From: Myxococcales bacterium
GTDB taxonomy: Bacteria; Myxococcota; Myxococcia; Myxococcales; Anaeromyxobacteraceae
Reading direction: 5' to 3'
NCBI GenBank assembly: GCA_038320275.1
Contig: JBBQEB010000045.1
Coordinates: 1-24,626 of the forward strand
Length of the DNA: 24,626 nt
A model generated the notes under the pieces. That model had not been told where the DNA came from. It made no database searches and saw nothing but the letters and a program-made list of their open reading frames with translations. Made by a program: the position numbers and the translations under genes. Shown piece by piece: positions 16,040 through 24,514 of this stretch; position 1 is the first letter of the stretch, and each line of letters opens with the position of its first letter.

Positions 16040-17476
16040 TCACGACCGCGTCAGCAGGCTCGCGAACAGGCGCTCGTAGCGCTCGGCGCTCCGGCCCCAG
16101 GAGAAGTCGAGCGCCATCCCGCGCTCCACCAGGCCTCGCCAGCACCGCTCGTCGCGGCGGAGGTCGAGCGCCCGACGCAGCGCGGTCATCATCGCCGCCG
16201 GCTGGTACTCGCGGAACTTGAATCCGGTCCCGCTCCGGTGTCCGTCGAAGTCTTCGACCGTGTCATCGAGCCCTCCCACCGCCCGCACGATCGGCACCGC
16301 CCCGTATCTCAGGCTGTACATCTGGTTCAGGCCACACGGCTCGAAGCGGCTCGGCATGAGGAACATGTCGGCGCCCGCCTCGATGCGGTGGGCGAGCCCC
16401 TCGTCGAAGCCGATGCGCACGGCGATCCTGTCCGGGCGCTCGCGCGCGGCGGCTTCGAACAGAGCCTCGTAGTCGCGCCGCCCGCTCCCCAGCAGCGCCA
16501 CCTGCAGGTCCAAGCCCAGGATCTCGTGCAGCGCCGCCGCCACCAGGTCGATGCCCTTCTGCTCGGCGAGTCGGCCGATCATCCCGATCAGCGGTACGTC
16601 GCGACGCACCGGGAGTCCCAGCTCGAGCTGCAGCGCCGTCTTGCAGCTCGTCTTCCCGGCGAGGTCGACCGCATGGAAAGGGGCCGCCAGGTGCGGGTCC
16701 CGAGCGGGGTTCCACACGTTCGTGTCGATCCCGTTGAGGATCCCGTGCAGGCTGGCGGCGCGATGGCGCAGGAGCGCGTCGAGCGCGCAGCCGTGCTCCG
16801 GCGTCAGGATCTCCTTCGCGTATTTGGGCGAGACCGTGGTGATGGAGTCCGCGAAGACGATCCCCGCCTTCATGAAGTTGAGCTGGTCGTAGAACTCCAT
16901 TCCCTCCAGCCGGAACACCTCCCACGGCAGGCCGGCGGCGGGGAGGAGCTCCTTCGCGAAGACGCCCTGGTAGGCGAGGTTGTGGATCGTGTACACGCTC
17001 CGCGCGCTTCGACGCCAGGTCTCCTCGGGCGCTTCGTTGCGCAGCATCCAGGCGGCGAGCGCCGTTTGCCAGTCATGGAGGTGGACGATCTGCGGCTCCC
17101 AGCCGAGCACGCGCGGCAGGTCGAGTGCCGCCCGGGCGAGAAAAGCGAAGCGCTGCGCGTTGTCCTCGTAGTCGCGCATCCCCTCTGCGTAGATGCCGCT
17201 CCTCCCCCCGTAGAAGCGATGGTGCTCGAGGAAGAAGATCCGCGCGGCGCCGAGCCTGGCGGCCCAGAGCGCCGCCACCTCGCCCCGCGCGCGCACGCCC
17301 ATCCCGGTGGGCTCGAGCCGCTGTGCGCCGGGGTCGATGCTGCCGTAGCGCGGCGTGACGACCACCACCTCGTGGCCGGCCCCGGCGAGCGCGGCGGGCA
17401 GGGCCCCCGCGACGTCACCCAGGCCGCCGCTCTTGGAGAACGGCGCCACCTCGGACGCGATGAAGAGGATGCGCAT
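16040..17476 (-). CDS. glgA: Glycogen synthase (GT5)
   Basis: SEVAPFSKSGGLGDV (KXGGL), HLHDWQT, TIHNLAYQG, GILNGID, RLAEQKG and MPSRFEPCGLNQ. Confidence 0.98.
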   Translation of the reverse strand: MRILFIASEVAPFSKSGGLGDVAGALPAALAGAGHEVVVVTPRYGSIDPGAQRLEPTGMGVRARGEVAALWAARLGAARIFFLEHHRFYGGRSGIYAEGMRDYEDNAQRFAFLARAALDLPRVLGWEPQIVHLHDWQTALAAWMLRNEAPEETWRRSARSVYTIHNLAYQGVFAKELLPAAGLPWEVFRLEGMEFYDQLNFMKAGIVFADSITTVSPKYAKEILTPEHGCALDALLRHRAASLHGILNGIDTNVWNPARDPHLAAPFHAVDLAGKTSCKTALQLELGLPVRRDVPLIGMIGRLAEQKGIDLVAAALHEILGLDLQVALLGSGRRDYEALFEAAARERPDRIAVRIGFDEGLAHRIEAGADMFLMPSRFEPCGLNQMYSLRYGAVPIVRAVGGLDDTVEDFDGHRSGTGFKFREYQPAAMMTALRRALDLRRDERCWRGLVERGMALDFSWGRSAERYERLFASLLTRS

Positions 17477-17504
17477 GCGGGGCGGCGGAGCCCAGGCCTG
17501 GGCG

Positions 17505-18506
17505 CTAGGCAGGCACGAGGCGCAGGAACTCGGCCGCTTCCTCCGGCGGCACCGGATTGATGTAGAAGCCGCTTCCCCACTCGAAGCCCGCCACCTGCGT
17601 CAGCGCCGGCATGAGCTCGATGTGCCAGTGGTACGCCGCGCTGGAGGGCTCCCGCAGCGGGTTCGAGTGCAGGATGAAGTTGTAGGCGGGCTCGCCGAGC
17701 GCGGCGCCCAGCCGGCGTAGCGAGGAGCGGAGCGCCTGCGCGCAGGAGGCGAGCCGTTCCCGGGGCTCCGTCTCGAAGTTCGACTCGTGGCGCTTGGGGA
17801 CGATCCAGGTCTCGAAGGGGCTCCGCGGCGCCCACGGCGCGAACACCACGAACTCGTCGTTCTCCAGCACGAGCCGGCTGCGCTGCTTGCGCTCCTGCAT
17901 GACGATGTCGCAGAAGATGCACCGCTCGCGGTGCGCGTAGTGGCGGAGCGCGCCGTCCACCTCCTCCTGCACCAGGCGCGGGGTGACGGGCAGCGCGATC
18001 ACCTGGCTGTGCGGGTGCTCCAGGGAGGCGCCGGCGGCGAACCCTTGGTTCTTGAAGAGGAGGATGTAGCGGAAGCGCAGGTCGTTGCGGAGATCGAGCA
18101 TGCGCGCCTTGAAGGCGTACAGCACCTCCGCCACCTCGCCGTCGGAGAGGCTGGCAAGGTCGCGCCCGTGGTCCGGCGTCTCGATGACCACCTCGTGGGC
18201 GCCGATGCCGTTCATGCGGTCGTACATCCCGTCCGCCTCGCGCTCCAGGTCGCCCTCGATCTTGAGCGCGGGGTAGCGGTTCGGCACCACCCGGACCTTC
18301 CAGCCCGGCCCGTTGGGGGGTGCGCCCTCGGGGCGCCCGGCGGAGTAGACCTCGCGCGGCGTGCGGTCCTCGTGCCCGGGGCAGAAGGGGCAGAGTGCCG
18401 GGCGCGTCGGCGTCAGCGATCGCGGGGCCTCCGCCGGCCGCCTGGCGCGGTCCGTGGCGATGATGACCCAGCGGCCGACGACAGGATCTCTGCGGAGCTC
18501 GGGCAT
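17505..18506 (-). CDS. galT: GalT-like hexose-1-phosphate nucleotidyltransferase / NDP-sugar phosphorylase
   Basis: ELRRDP, CPFCPG, VVPNRYP, HEVVIETP, catalytic GASLEHPHSQ, YHWHIEL and GFEWGSGFYINPVPPE. The substrate is uncertain (see findings). Confidence 0.88.
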   Translation of the reverse strand: MPELRRDPVVGRWVIIATDRARRPAEAPRSLTPTRPALCPFCPGHEDRTPREVYSAGRPEGAPPNGPGWKVRVVPNRYPALKIEGDLEREADGMYDRMNGIGAHEVVIETPDHGRDLASLSDGEVAEVLYAFKARMLDLRNDLRFRYILLFKNQGFAAGASLEHPHSQVIALPVTPRLVQEEVDGALRHYAHRERCIFCDIVMQERKQRSRLVLENDEFVVFAPWAPRSPFETWIVPKRHESNFETEPRERLASCAQALRSSLRRLGAALGEPAYNFILHSNPLREPSSAAYHWHIELMPALTQVAGFEWGSGFYINPVPPEEAAEFLRLVPA

Positions 18507-18539
18507 GTTTTTCGAGTTAAGCCTTGTCGCGGCCCGCCA

Positions 18540-19727
18540 TCAAGCTTCTCGCGCCGCTGGACCTTGGGTGACGCGCGCCGCCGCGGCGGCGATGGTGGTC
18601 CCGACGAGCGCGGCGAGCGCCATGACCGCGGCGCTGCCCAGGTAGGGATACGCGGGGCGGAGGTGGAAGCTGAAGGTGCCCGACACAGGGCCCACGATGC
18701 GGCCGAGCGCGGAGGCCGACTGCCCGATGCCCAGCGTGCCGCCCTGATCCTCGGCGCGCGCGCTGCGCGAGATGAGCGCGGAGATGGCCGGGTTCACGAA
18801 GCCGGAGCCGATGGCGAGCGGCGCCGTCGCGGCGAGCAGCCCTCCCAGGCTGCCTGCGAAGGGCAGCGCAGCGAGGCCGGCCGCCTGCATGATCCCGCCC
18901 GCGACGAGGAGCCGCTTCTCGCCGAAGCGGCGGGTCATGGGCCCGACGAGCCCGCCCTGCACGATGGTGATGAGGACGCCGATGTAGGTGAAGACCCACG
19001 GCACAGCCGCGTCGGTGAGACCGTACACGTCCTTCATCAGGAAGGCGTAGGTGGCCTCCATGGCGCTGAACGCCCCGACCATGAGGAAGGAGCAGAGGAT
19101 GAGGCGCCGCATGCGGGGCTGCCGCAGCTCCTCGACGAGCGCGGTGAGCCGCCCCCGGGCGACGCGGCTCACCTCGCGCTTGGCCGGCTCGGGCAGGATG
19201 AAGAAGGCGGCCACTCCGTTGGCCGCGGCGAGCCCGGCCGCGATGTAGCCCGGCAGCGCCAGCGAGTACCGCGCGAGGAAGCCCGCGATGGCGGGGCCGA
19301 GGACGAAGCCGAGCCCGAAGGCGGCGCCGATCATTCCCATGCCGCGCGCGCGCCCCTCGGGCGGGGTGACGTCCGCCACGTACGCCTGGGCGATGCCGAT
19401 GTTCGCGGTGGCCGCCCCGGCGAAGAGGCGCGAGGCGAGCAGCACGGCGAAGCTACCCGCCAGCCCGTACACGAGGAAGGCGAGCGCCGTCATGGCGATG
19501 GAGACGAGCAGCACCGGCCTGCGCCCGATGCGGTCGGAGAGCCGGCCCCAGATCGGCGCGAAGACGAACTGCATGGCGGAGTAGCCGGTGGAGAGGAAGC
19601 CGGTGGCCGCCTCCGACGCCCCCAGCTTCTTGGCGTAGATCGACATGACCGGGATGACCATGCCGAACCCGAGCAGGTCGATGAAGACGATGATGAACAG
19701 GATGCCGAGCGAGCGCCGTGTGTTCAC
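18540..19727 (-). CDS. MFS transporter, DHA1/TetA-like, ~395 aa
   Basis: IDLLGFGMVIP, motif A GRLSDRIGRRPV, motif C GAAFGLGFVLGP, and about 12 TM segments. The start was chosen at GTG 19727. Confidence 0.92.
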   Translation of the reverse strand: MNTRRSLGILFIIVFIDLLGFGMVIPVMSIYAKKLGASEAATGFLSTGYSAMQFVFAPIWGRLSDRIGRRPVLLVSIAMTALAFLVYGLAGSFAVLLASRLFAGAATANIGIAQAYVADVTPPEGRARGMGMIGAAFGLGFVLGPAIAGFLARYSLALPGYIAAGLAAANGVAAFFILPEPAKREVSRVARGRLTALVEELRQPRMRRLILCSFLMVGAFSAMEATYAFLMKDVYGLTDAAVPWVFTYIGVLITIVQGGLVGPMTRRFGEKRLLVAGGIMQAAGLAALPFAGSLGGLLAATAPLAIGSGFVNPAISALISRSARAEDQGGTLGIGQSASALGRIVGPVSGTFSFHLRPAYPYLGSAAVMALAALVGTTIAAAAARVTQGPAAREA

Positions 19728-19759
19728 GAGCGCCGGGATGTAACCGGCCCCGCCCCGCG

Positions 19760-21934
19760 CTACACGCGCCAGTGGATGCGCTCGAAGTCCTCGTCGGGCA
19801 CGGTGAACGCCACGTAGCCGAACCTGGGCAGCCGCTCCACCTCGACGTCGCCGCGCAGTGCGTGCACCGCCATGGCCACCCGATCGCCGGGCGCGAGGCC
19901 CAGCGCCCCGAAGGGGAGCGCGAGCTCCGCGATGCGCAGGAACGCGGCCGCTCCGACTTCGCCGCCGGGCCCCTTCCCCGGCCGCGACTGCCCGTCGGGG
20001 AGGAGCGCGAAGTCGATGTTCGATGCGCCGCGGGTGGTGACGAGCTCCACCCGCGCCACCGGGCAGACCTCGGCGGTCCGGGCGGGAGCTTCCACCGGAT
20101 CGAGCCGGAGGTAGAGCTGTGCCAGGTCGAAGCCGTAGCGAAGCGCGTCGAAGGCGTGCGCCGAGCCGAACATGGAGCCGCGCGCCTGCCCCGGGCGGTA
20201 GAGGCCCGCGCCCTTCCACTCGAAGTAGGTGGTCTCGCGGCCGTCCACCCGAGGTGAAATGAGGAGGGTGGGCTCCCGGAGCGGCTTCTGGTCCCCCGCC
20301 ATCGGCCCCTCGCGCTTGATGGGCTCCAGCGCCTCGATGGGCAGCGGCGCGCCGGCGAGCTTGCAGGCCGAGACGATCAGCGCGCGAAAGAGCCCGTCGA
20401 ACTCCGCCGCGAGGTCCGTGTGGAAGTCGTCCCCGTACCACCAGTACCAGTCCGATCCCTCGGCCGCGTAGAGGAGCCGCTTCGCCTGGGCGATGGCGCC
20501 GGGCGGGACCGCGCCGGGCGGCCCCTTCTCGATGTGGTCGATCGCCTCGCGGGCGCGCCCGAGCGCGGTCCAGGCGCGGCGGTCCTCCTCGTGCCCGAGC
20601 CAGATCCGGTACGACGACTCGATCCAGGAGCCGGAGTGGACCCGCGGGATGACGGGGCCGGGCGGCTCGCGGGTGGCGTCGGACATGGTCACGGACTCGA
20701 TGTCGGGCGAGCCCTCCAGCCGCCGGTAGAGCGCCTCCAGGAAAGGGCGCCCCGACATCGGGAAGTGCTCCCAGGGGTTCTCGCCGTCGAGGAAGACGCC
20801 CACCGTGGCCGGGCCCGCGCCGCCGTCGTCCTCCCAGGCGTCGCCGATGGCCTCCAGATGCGAGGTGAAGTCCTCCACCGCCTCGCGGGCTGGTGTGCGC
20901 GCGTAGCTGAATCCGATGAGGTCGGAGAGGCCTCGGTCGCGGAAGAGCATCGACAGTTCCCGCGAGCCCGCGGCGATGCGCCAGGGGCGATAGAGGGCCC
21001 GCAGGCGCGAGGTGCCGGCGGGAAGGGAGTGGAGCAGCACCCCCTCGTCGGTGGCGGCCCAGCGCACGCCCTCGGAGGCGAGCACCTCGGCGGCCTCGGG
21101 CGAGATGGAGCCCTCCGCCGGCCACATGCCTGCGGCCGGGCGGTGGAAGTGGCGCTCGTGGGACACCAGTGCCTCGCGCACGTGCCAGTGCGCGTCCTCG
21201 GGCCAGGCGAAGCGGGGCGGCAGGGGGATGCCGGGCAGCGCGCGCCGGGCGGAGTCGGTGTCGCACACCAAGGGGAGGATGGGGTGATAGTACGGCGTCG
21301 TCGAGAGCTCCACCTGCCCGCGCGCCGCGAGCGCGCGCCAGCGCGGCAGGATGGCGTTCACGATGCGCGACTGCGCCGTGAGCACGTAGGCGAGGTCGCT
21401 CGCGTCGTAGTCGCGCCCCTTGCGCAGGAGCGCGCGCAGGCCGTCGTCGTCCTCCACCGCCCCGAACCCGAACCAGGCCAGGTTGAAGAGCACCTGGAGA
21501 TCGCTCATCTCTCCATCGGTGAACTCCCGTGCGGAGCGCGCGAAGTCGATGTGGCGCGGATCGCGGCCTCTCTTGGAGAGCAGCTCGAGGTATCGCGGGA
21601 TGGGCTTCACCGCAGTCTCCCAGTCGATCATGAAGAACGACCGGAGGACCGCCTGGCGCTCCTCGGGCAGGAGATCCCGGGCAGGTTTGCGCGAGACCTC
21701 GAGGAAGCGATCGCGCGCCTCGCCGCGCGCGTAGGCCTCGAGCTGCTCCAGCAGCACGGGGGTGAAGTTGACGGTACAGCGCACCGACGGGTGGCGCTCC
21801 AGCATGAAGGCCATGTCGTAGTAGGCCCGCGTCGCGTGCAGGCGCACCCACGGCATGAGGAACTCGCCCGTGTCCGGGTCGCGGTAGAGCGGCTGATGCA
21901 TGTGCCACAGGAAGGCGAGGCGGACCTTGGACAT
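19760..21934 (-). CDS. Glycoside hydrolase family 57 (amylopullulanase/alpha-amylase-like), 724 aa
   Basis: FLWHMHQP, PWVRLH, ELSTTPYYHPILP, nucleophile WPAEG, LFRD, acid/base LDGENPWE, GSWI and AEGSDWYWW. Confidence 0.95.
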   Translation of the reverse strand: MSKVRLAFLWHMHQPLYRDPDTGEFLMPWVRLHATRAYYDMAFMLERHPSVRCTVNFTPVLLEQLEAYARGEARDRFLEVSRKPARDLLPEERQAVLRSFFMIDWETAVKPIPRYLELLSKRGRDPRHIDFARSAREFTDGEMSDLQVLFNLAWFGFGAVEDDDGLRALLRKGRDYDASDLAYVLTAQSRIVNAILPRWRALAARGQVELSTTPYYHPILPLVCDTDSARRALPGIPLPPRFAWPEDAHWHVREALVSHERHFHRPAAGMWPAEGSISPEAAEVLASEGVRWAATDEGVLLHSLPAGTSRLRALYRPWRIAAGSRELSMLFRDRGLSDLIGFSYARTPAREAVEDFTSHLEAIGDAWEDDGGAGPATVGVFLDGENPWEHFPMSGRPFLEALYRRLEGSPDIESVTMSDATREPPGPVIPRVHSGSWIESSYRIWLGHEEDRRAWTALGRAREAIDHIEKGPPGAVPPGAIAQAKRLLYAAEGSDWYWWYGDDFHTDLAAEFDGLFRALIVSACKLAGAPLPIEALEPIKREGPMAGDQKPLREPTLLISPRVDGRETTYFEWKGAGLYRPGQARGSMFGSAHAFDALRYGFDLAQLYLRLDPVEAPARTAEVCPVARVELVTTRGASNIDFALLPDGQSRPGKGPGGEVGAAAFLRIAELALPFGALGLAPGDRVAMAVHALRGDVEVERLPRFGYVAFTVPDEDFERIHWRV

Positions 21935-21936
21935 GG

Positions 21937-22356
21937 TCAGGCAGCTCCGGTGACGCTCTCGGGGCCGAGGCAGATGATCTGCACCACGAGCCCCTCCGGT
22001 CCCGCGAGGTAGAGGGAGCGCGCTCCGTCCCGATGCGTGCGCGGGCCGGCGGTGAGCTTCCCCCCGTGCGCGGCGAGGTGGGCCGCCCAGGCATCGACGT
22101 CGCCGGGCCGCTCGACCACGATGCCGATGTGGTCGAGGAGGCCTCGCGCACCCGAGCCCTCCTCGGAGAGGCCCTCCGCCCGATGCAGTGCCACGCTGTC
22201 GCCGTCGCGCGCGAGGTACACGTTCTCCTCGTCCGGCCGCCAGGCCACCCGGTAGCCCAGGAGCTCGGTGAAGAAGCGCTCCGCTCGGGCGAGATCGCAA
22301 AGGCGCAGCGCCACGTGTCGCAGACCCAGCGCGGGAGGTTGGGCAGCGGTGGTCAC
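21937..22356 (-). CDS. VOC (glyoxalase/bleomycin-resistance/dioxygenase) family protein
   Basis: LRHVALR...AERFFTELLG...LDHIGIVV...SLYLAGPEG. GTGA overlap with the upstream gene. Confidence 0.92.
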   Translation of the reverse strand: MTTAAQPPALGLRHVALRLCDLARAERFFTELLGYRVAWRPDEENVYLARDGDSVALHRAEGLSEEGSGARGLLDHIGIVVERPGDVDAWAAHLAAHGGKLTAGPRTHRDGARSLYLAGPEGLVVQIICLGPESVTGAA

Positions 22357-23888
22357 GTCTGCGGCTTAACCTCCGCGAATGGGCTCTGCCCGCCTTCTCC
22401 GGGCGGCGAGCCGGCTCCGGGCTCGCGCGTCATCGGCGATGGTTTGGCGAGCCGGGCCCGAAGCTCCTCCACCTCGGCGCGCTGGGAGGCGAGGGCCGCG
22501 CGCAGCTCCCCCACCTGCCGGCGCTCCCCGGCGAGCGCGGCCTCGGCCCCGAGCGCGCGCTCCTCCAGCCCATCGGCCTCGCGCGCCAGCACCTCGCCGC
22601 GGGCCCGCAATGCCTCCATGCGCCGCGCCAGCGCCTCGTTCACGCCCGCCAGCTCCGCCGCGTGCTGGTGCGCGGCCTCGGCCCGGGCCCGGTCGCGCTC
22701 CGCTTGCGAGCGCGTGAGCAGCGCTTCCTCGCGTGCCTCCTCCAGCGCCTCCCGCAGCGCGGGGAGCTGGGACTCTCCCTCGCCCTGGCGGTCCGCCGCG
22801 AGCAGGACCTGCCGTGCGCCTTCGAGCGCGCTCCGCGCGTTGGCGAGCTCGGCCGCCAGCGCGCGCCCCCCCTCCCCGCCCGGTTCGGCGGTGGGAGCTT
22901 CCGGCCCGGATTCCTCGGCCGATCGGAGGGCGCTCGCCTCGGCCGCCGCGCGCTCGGCGGCCGCCCGCTCTTCCGCGGCACCGGCGAGCTGGAGCTCGCG
23001 CTCGGCGAGCGCGCTGCGCGCCGCCTCCAGCTCCTGGGCGGTCGCCGCCTGCGCCTCGCGGGCGGCGTCGCGCGCGTGGCGTGCGTCGAGCAGGGCGCGG
23101 CGCTCGCGGACGAGCTCGGAGGCGGCGGCATCCTCCCGCTCCCGCGCGGCGCGCTGCAGATCTCCGTGCTCGCGAGCCAGCTCGGCCGAGGCGCGTGCCG
23201 CCTCGACGAGCGGAGCCGAGGGAAGGGTCACCAGCACCATCCCGCGGAGGTTCGCGGGAGCTTCCCCGCACAGCGCGACGTAGAACGCGGTCTCGGGCGA
23301 GCCGGAGAGCGAGCCGTCGATGCCGAGCTCCGGCTCGGAGCCGGTGTCCGCGGGGGTGAGCACCCAGCCCACCGCCGGAGCCTGCGTCGCCAGCTCCACC
23401 GCCGAAAAGCGGGCGGAGAGCGCGGCGGCGAAGCTCTCGAAGGACGGGGCGCTCGTGGGCGGACGCTCTCCCGCGAGCACCGCCAGCCCGCTCGCGCCGG
23501 CGACGGCGACGGAGGTGAGGAGCCGGCCGCCGGGGGCGAGGAGCGCGGCGCACGCGGCCAGCCGCGCCGGGCTCGCCACCAGCTCCGCCCCGTCGGCCAC
23601 CGCCACCAGATCGAACGCGCCCGGAGGCAGATCGCCCAGCGCCGCCACGCGGAATTGCACGGACGGATGGCGCACCGCCTGGGCCGCGCGGAGGATGACC
23701 TGCGGATCCTCGTCGGCCGCGACCACCACCGCCGCGCCCCGCTCGGCCAGCGCCAGCGCCGAGGCGCCTTCGGTGGAGCGGACTGCGCCGAGCTCCAGCA
23801 CCCGACGCCCCGCGAGCAGCGGCTCGACGAAGCTGTAGCGCGCCAGCAGGTCGGCCGCGCCATGCGGCGCGAAGAAGGAGCTCATCAC
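22353..23888 (-). CDS. Class I SAM-methyltransferase-like domain fused to a long coiled coil, 511 aa
   Basis: RY.F...LAGRRVLELG, AFDLV and LLAPGGRL in the N-terminal region. The C-terminal half is A/E/R/L heptad-rich. Confidence 0.8.
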   Translation of the reverse strand: MMSSFFAPHGAADLLARYSFVEPLLAGRRVLELGAVRSTEGASALALAERGAAVVVAADEDPQVILRAAQAVRHPSVQFRVAALGDLPPGAFDLVAVADGAELVASPARLAACAALLAPGGRLLTSVAVAGASGLAVLAGERPPTSAPSFESFAAALSARFSAVELATQAPAVGWVLTPADTGSEPELGIDGSLSGSPETAFYVALCGEAPANLRGMVLVTLPSAPLVEAARASAELAREHGDLQRAAREREDAAASELVRERRALLDARHARDAAREAQAATAQELEAARSALAERELQLAGAAEERAAAERAAAEASALRSAEESGPEAPTAEPGGEGGRALAAELANARSALEGARQVLLAADRQGEGESQLPALREALEEAREEALLTRSQAERDRARAEAAHQHAAELAGVNEALARRMEALRARGEVLAREADGLEERALGAEAALAGERRQVGELRAALASQRAEVEELRARLAKPSPMTREPGAGSPPGEGGQSPFAEVKPQT

Positions 23889-23909
23889 CCCGGCATGTTA
23901 CCCGAGGCG

Positions 23910-23928
23910 GCGGGGCAGCATGCCCCGC
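23910..23928. terminator. Hairpin directly after the lipoprotein pair
   Basis: GCGGGGCA-GCA-TGCCCCGC forms an 8-bp stem with no U tract on the minus strand. Confidence 0.4.
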
Positions 23929-23929
23929 T

Positions 23930-24193
23930 TTACGGATTGTTCGCTTGCCCCGTCGGCGAGCAGTGGCCCGCCGCGATGTCGCTGCAGGACTGATCGATGA
24001 TGCAGTTGATCGTGCGCGGCTTGTCGGCCTTCGAGTCGTTGCAGCCGACGACGCACTTGGCCTGGTCGAAGGAAGTCGGCAGCGCGGCCGCGCTCGCGCA
24101 GCTCGCCATCTTCGCGCAGTACTTGTCGCAGTCCGGGCCACAGCCGGCGAGCGCCAGGCCCAGCAGAGCCGCGGTGAGGAGCCACAGCTTCAT
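23930..24193 (-). CDS. Small cysteine-rich lipoprotein B, 87 aa
   Basis: MKLWLLTAALLGLALAG-C lipobox followed by 8 more Cys. Its ATG overlaps the upstream stop (TGATG). Confidence 0.85.
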   Translation of the reverse strand: MKLWLLTAALLGLALAGCGPDCDKYCAKMASCASAAALPTSFDQAKCVVGCNDSKADKPRTINCIIDQSCSDIAAGHCSPTGQANNP

Positions 24194-24447
24194 CACGGCA
24201 CGAGCCCCGAGACCGACTTCGGAATCTGGCAGTGCCCGCCGCTCCTGATGTCGTCGCAGGTCCGATCGTTGACGCACGAGATGAACGCAGCGTTGTCGGA
24301 GCCCACCTCGTTGCAGGCGGTGGTGCACTGCGCGAGGTCGTTGCCGAGCTGGCAATCCTGCACCCAGCGGCGGCAGAACTTGTCGCAGTCGGGGCCGCAG
24401 GCCGCGAGCGGCGCTGCGAGCGCAAGGGCGAGGAGGAATCTCTTCAT
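24193..24447 (-). CDS. Small cysteine-rich lipoprotein A, 84 aa
   Basis: MKRFLLALALAAPLAA-C lipobox followed by 8 more Cys. SD AAGGGAG. Paralogous to the downstream gene. Confidence 0.88.
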   Translation of the reverse strand: MKRFLLALALAAPLAACGPDCDKFCRRWVQDCQLGNDLAQCTTACNEVGSDNAAFISCVNDRTCDDIRSGGHCQIPKSVSGLVP

Positions 24448-24470
24448 CGGTGCTCCCTTTCGAGCGGCGG

Positions 24471-24499
24471 ACCCTATTCTTCGCGCCCGCGTAGGTCAA
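24471..24499 (-). promoter_or_regulatory. Sigma70-type promoter of the lipoprotein pair
   Basis: TTGACC (24499-24494), 17 nt, TAGGGT (24476-24471), followed by an SD and ATG 24447. Confidence 0.65.
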
Positions 24500-24514
24500 G
24501 GTGGGAGACGAATG

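Noticed and set aside
18540..19727. Calling the MFS gene a tetracycline-resistance tetA
   Set aside because: The motifs are shared across DHA1 transporters. There is no adjacent divergent tetR and the context is chromosomal and metabolic.
15140..19817. 806-aa and 676-aa plus-strand ORFs
   Set aside because: Antisense shadows of glgA, the GalT-like gene and the MFS gene.
19728..22151. 1203-aa ORF suggesting a giant MFS fusion
   Set aside because: The first ~808 codons are an Arg-rich off-frame reading of the GH57 and VOC genes; only the last ~395 aa are a transporter.
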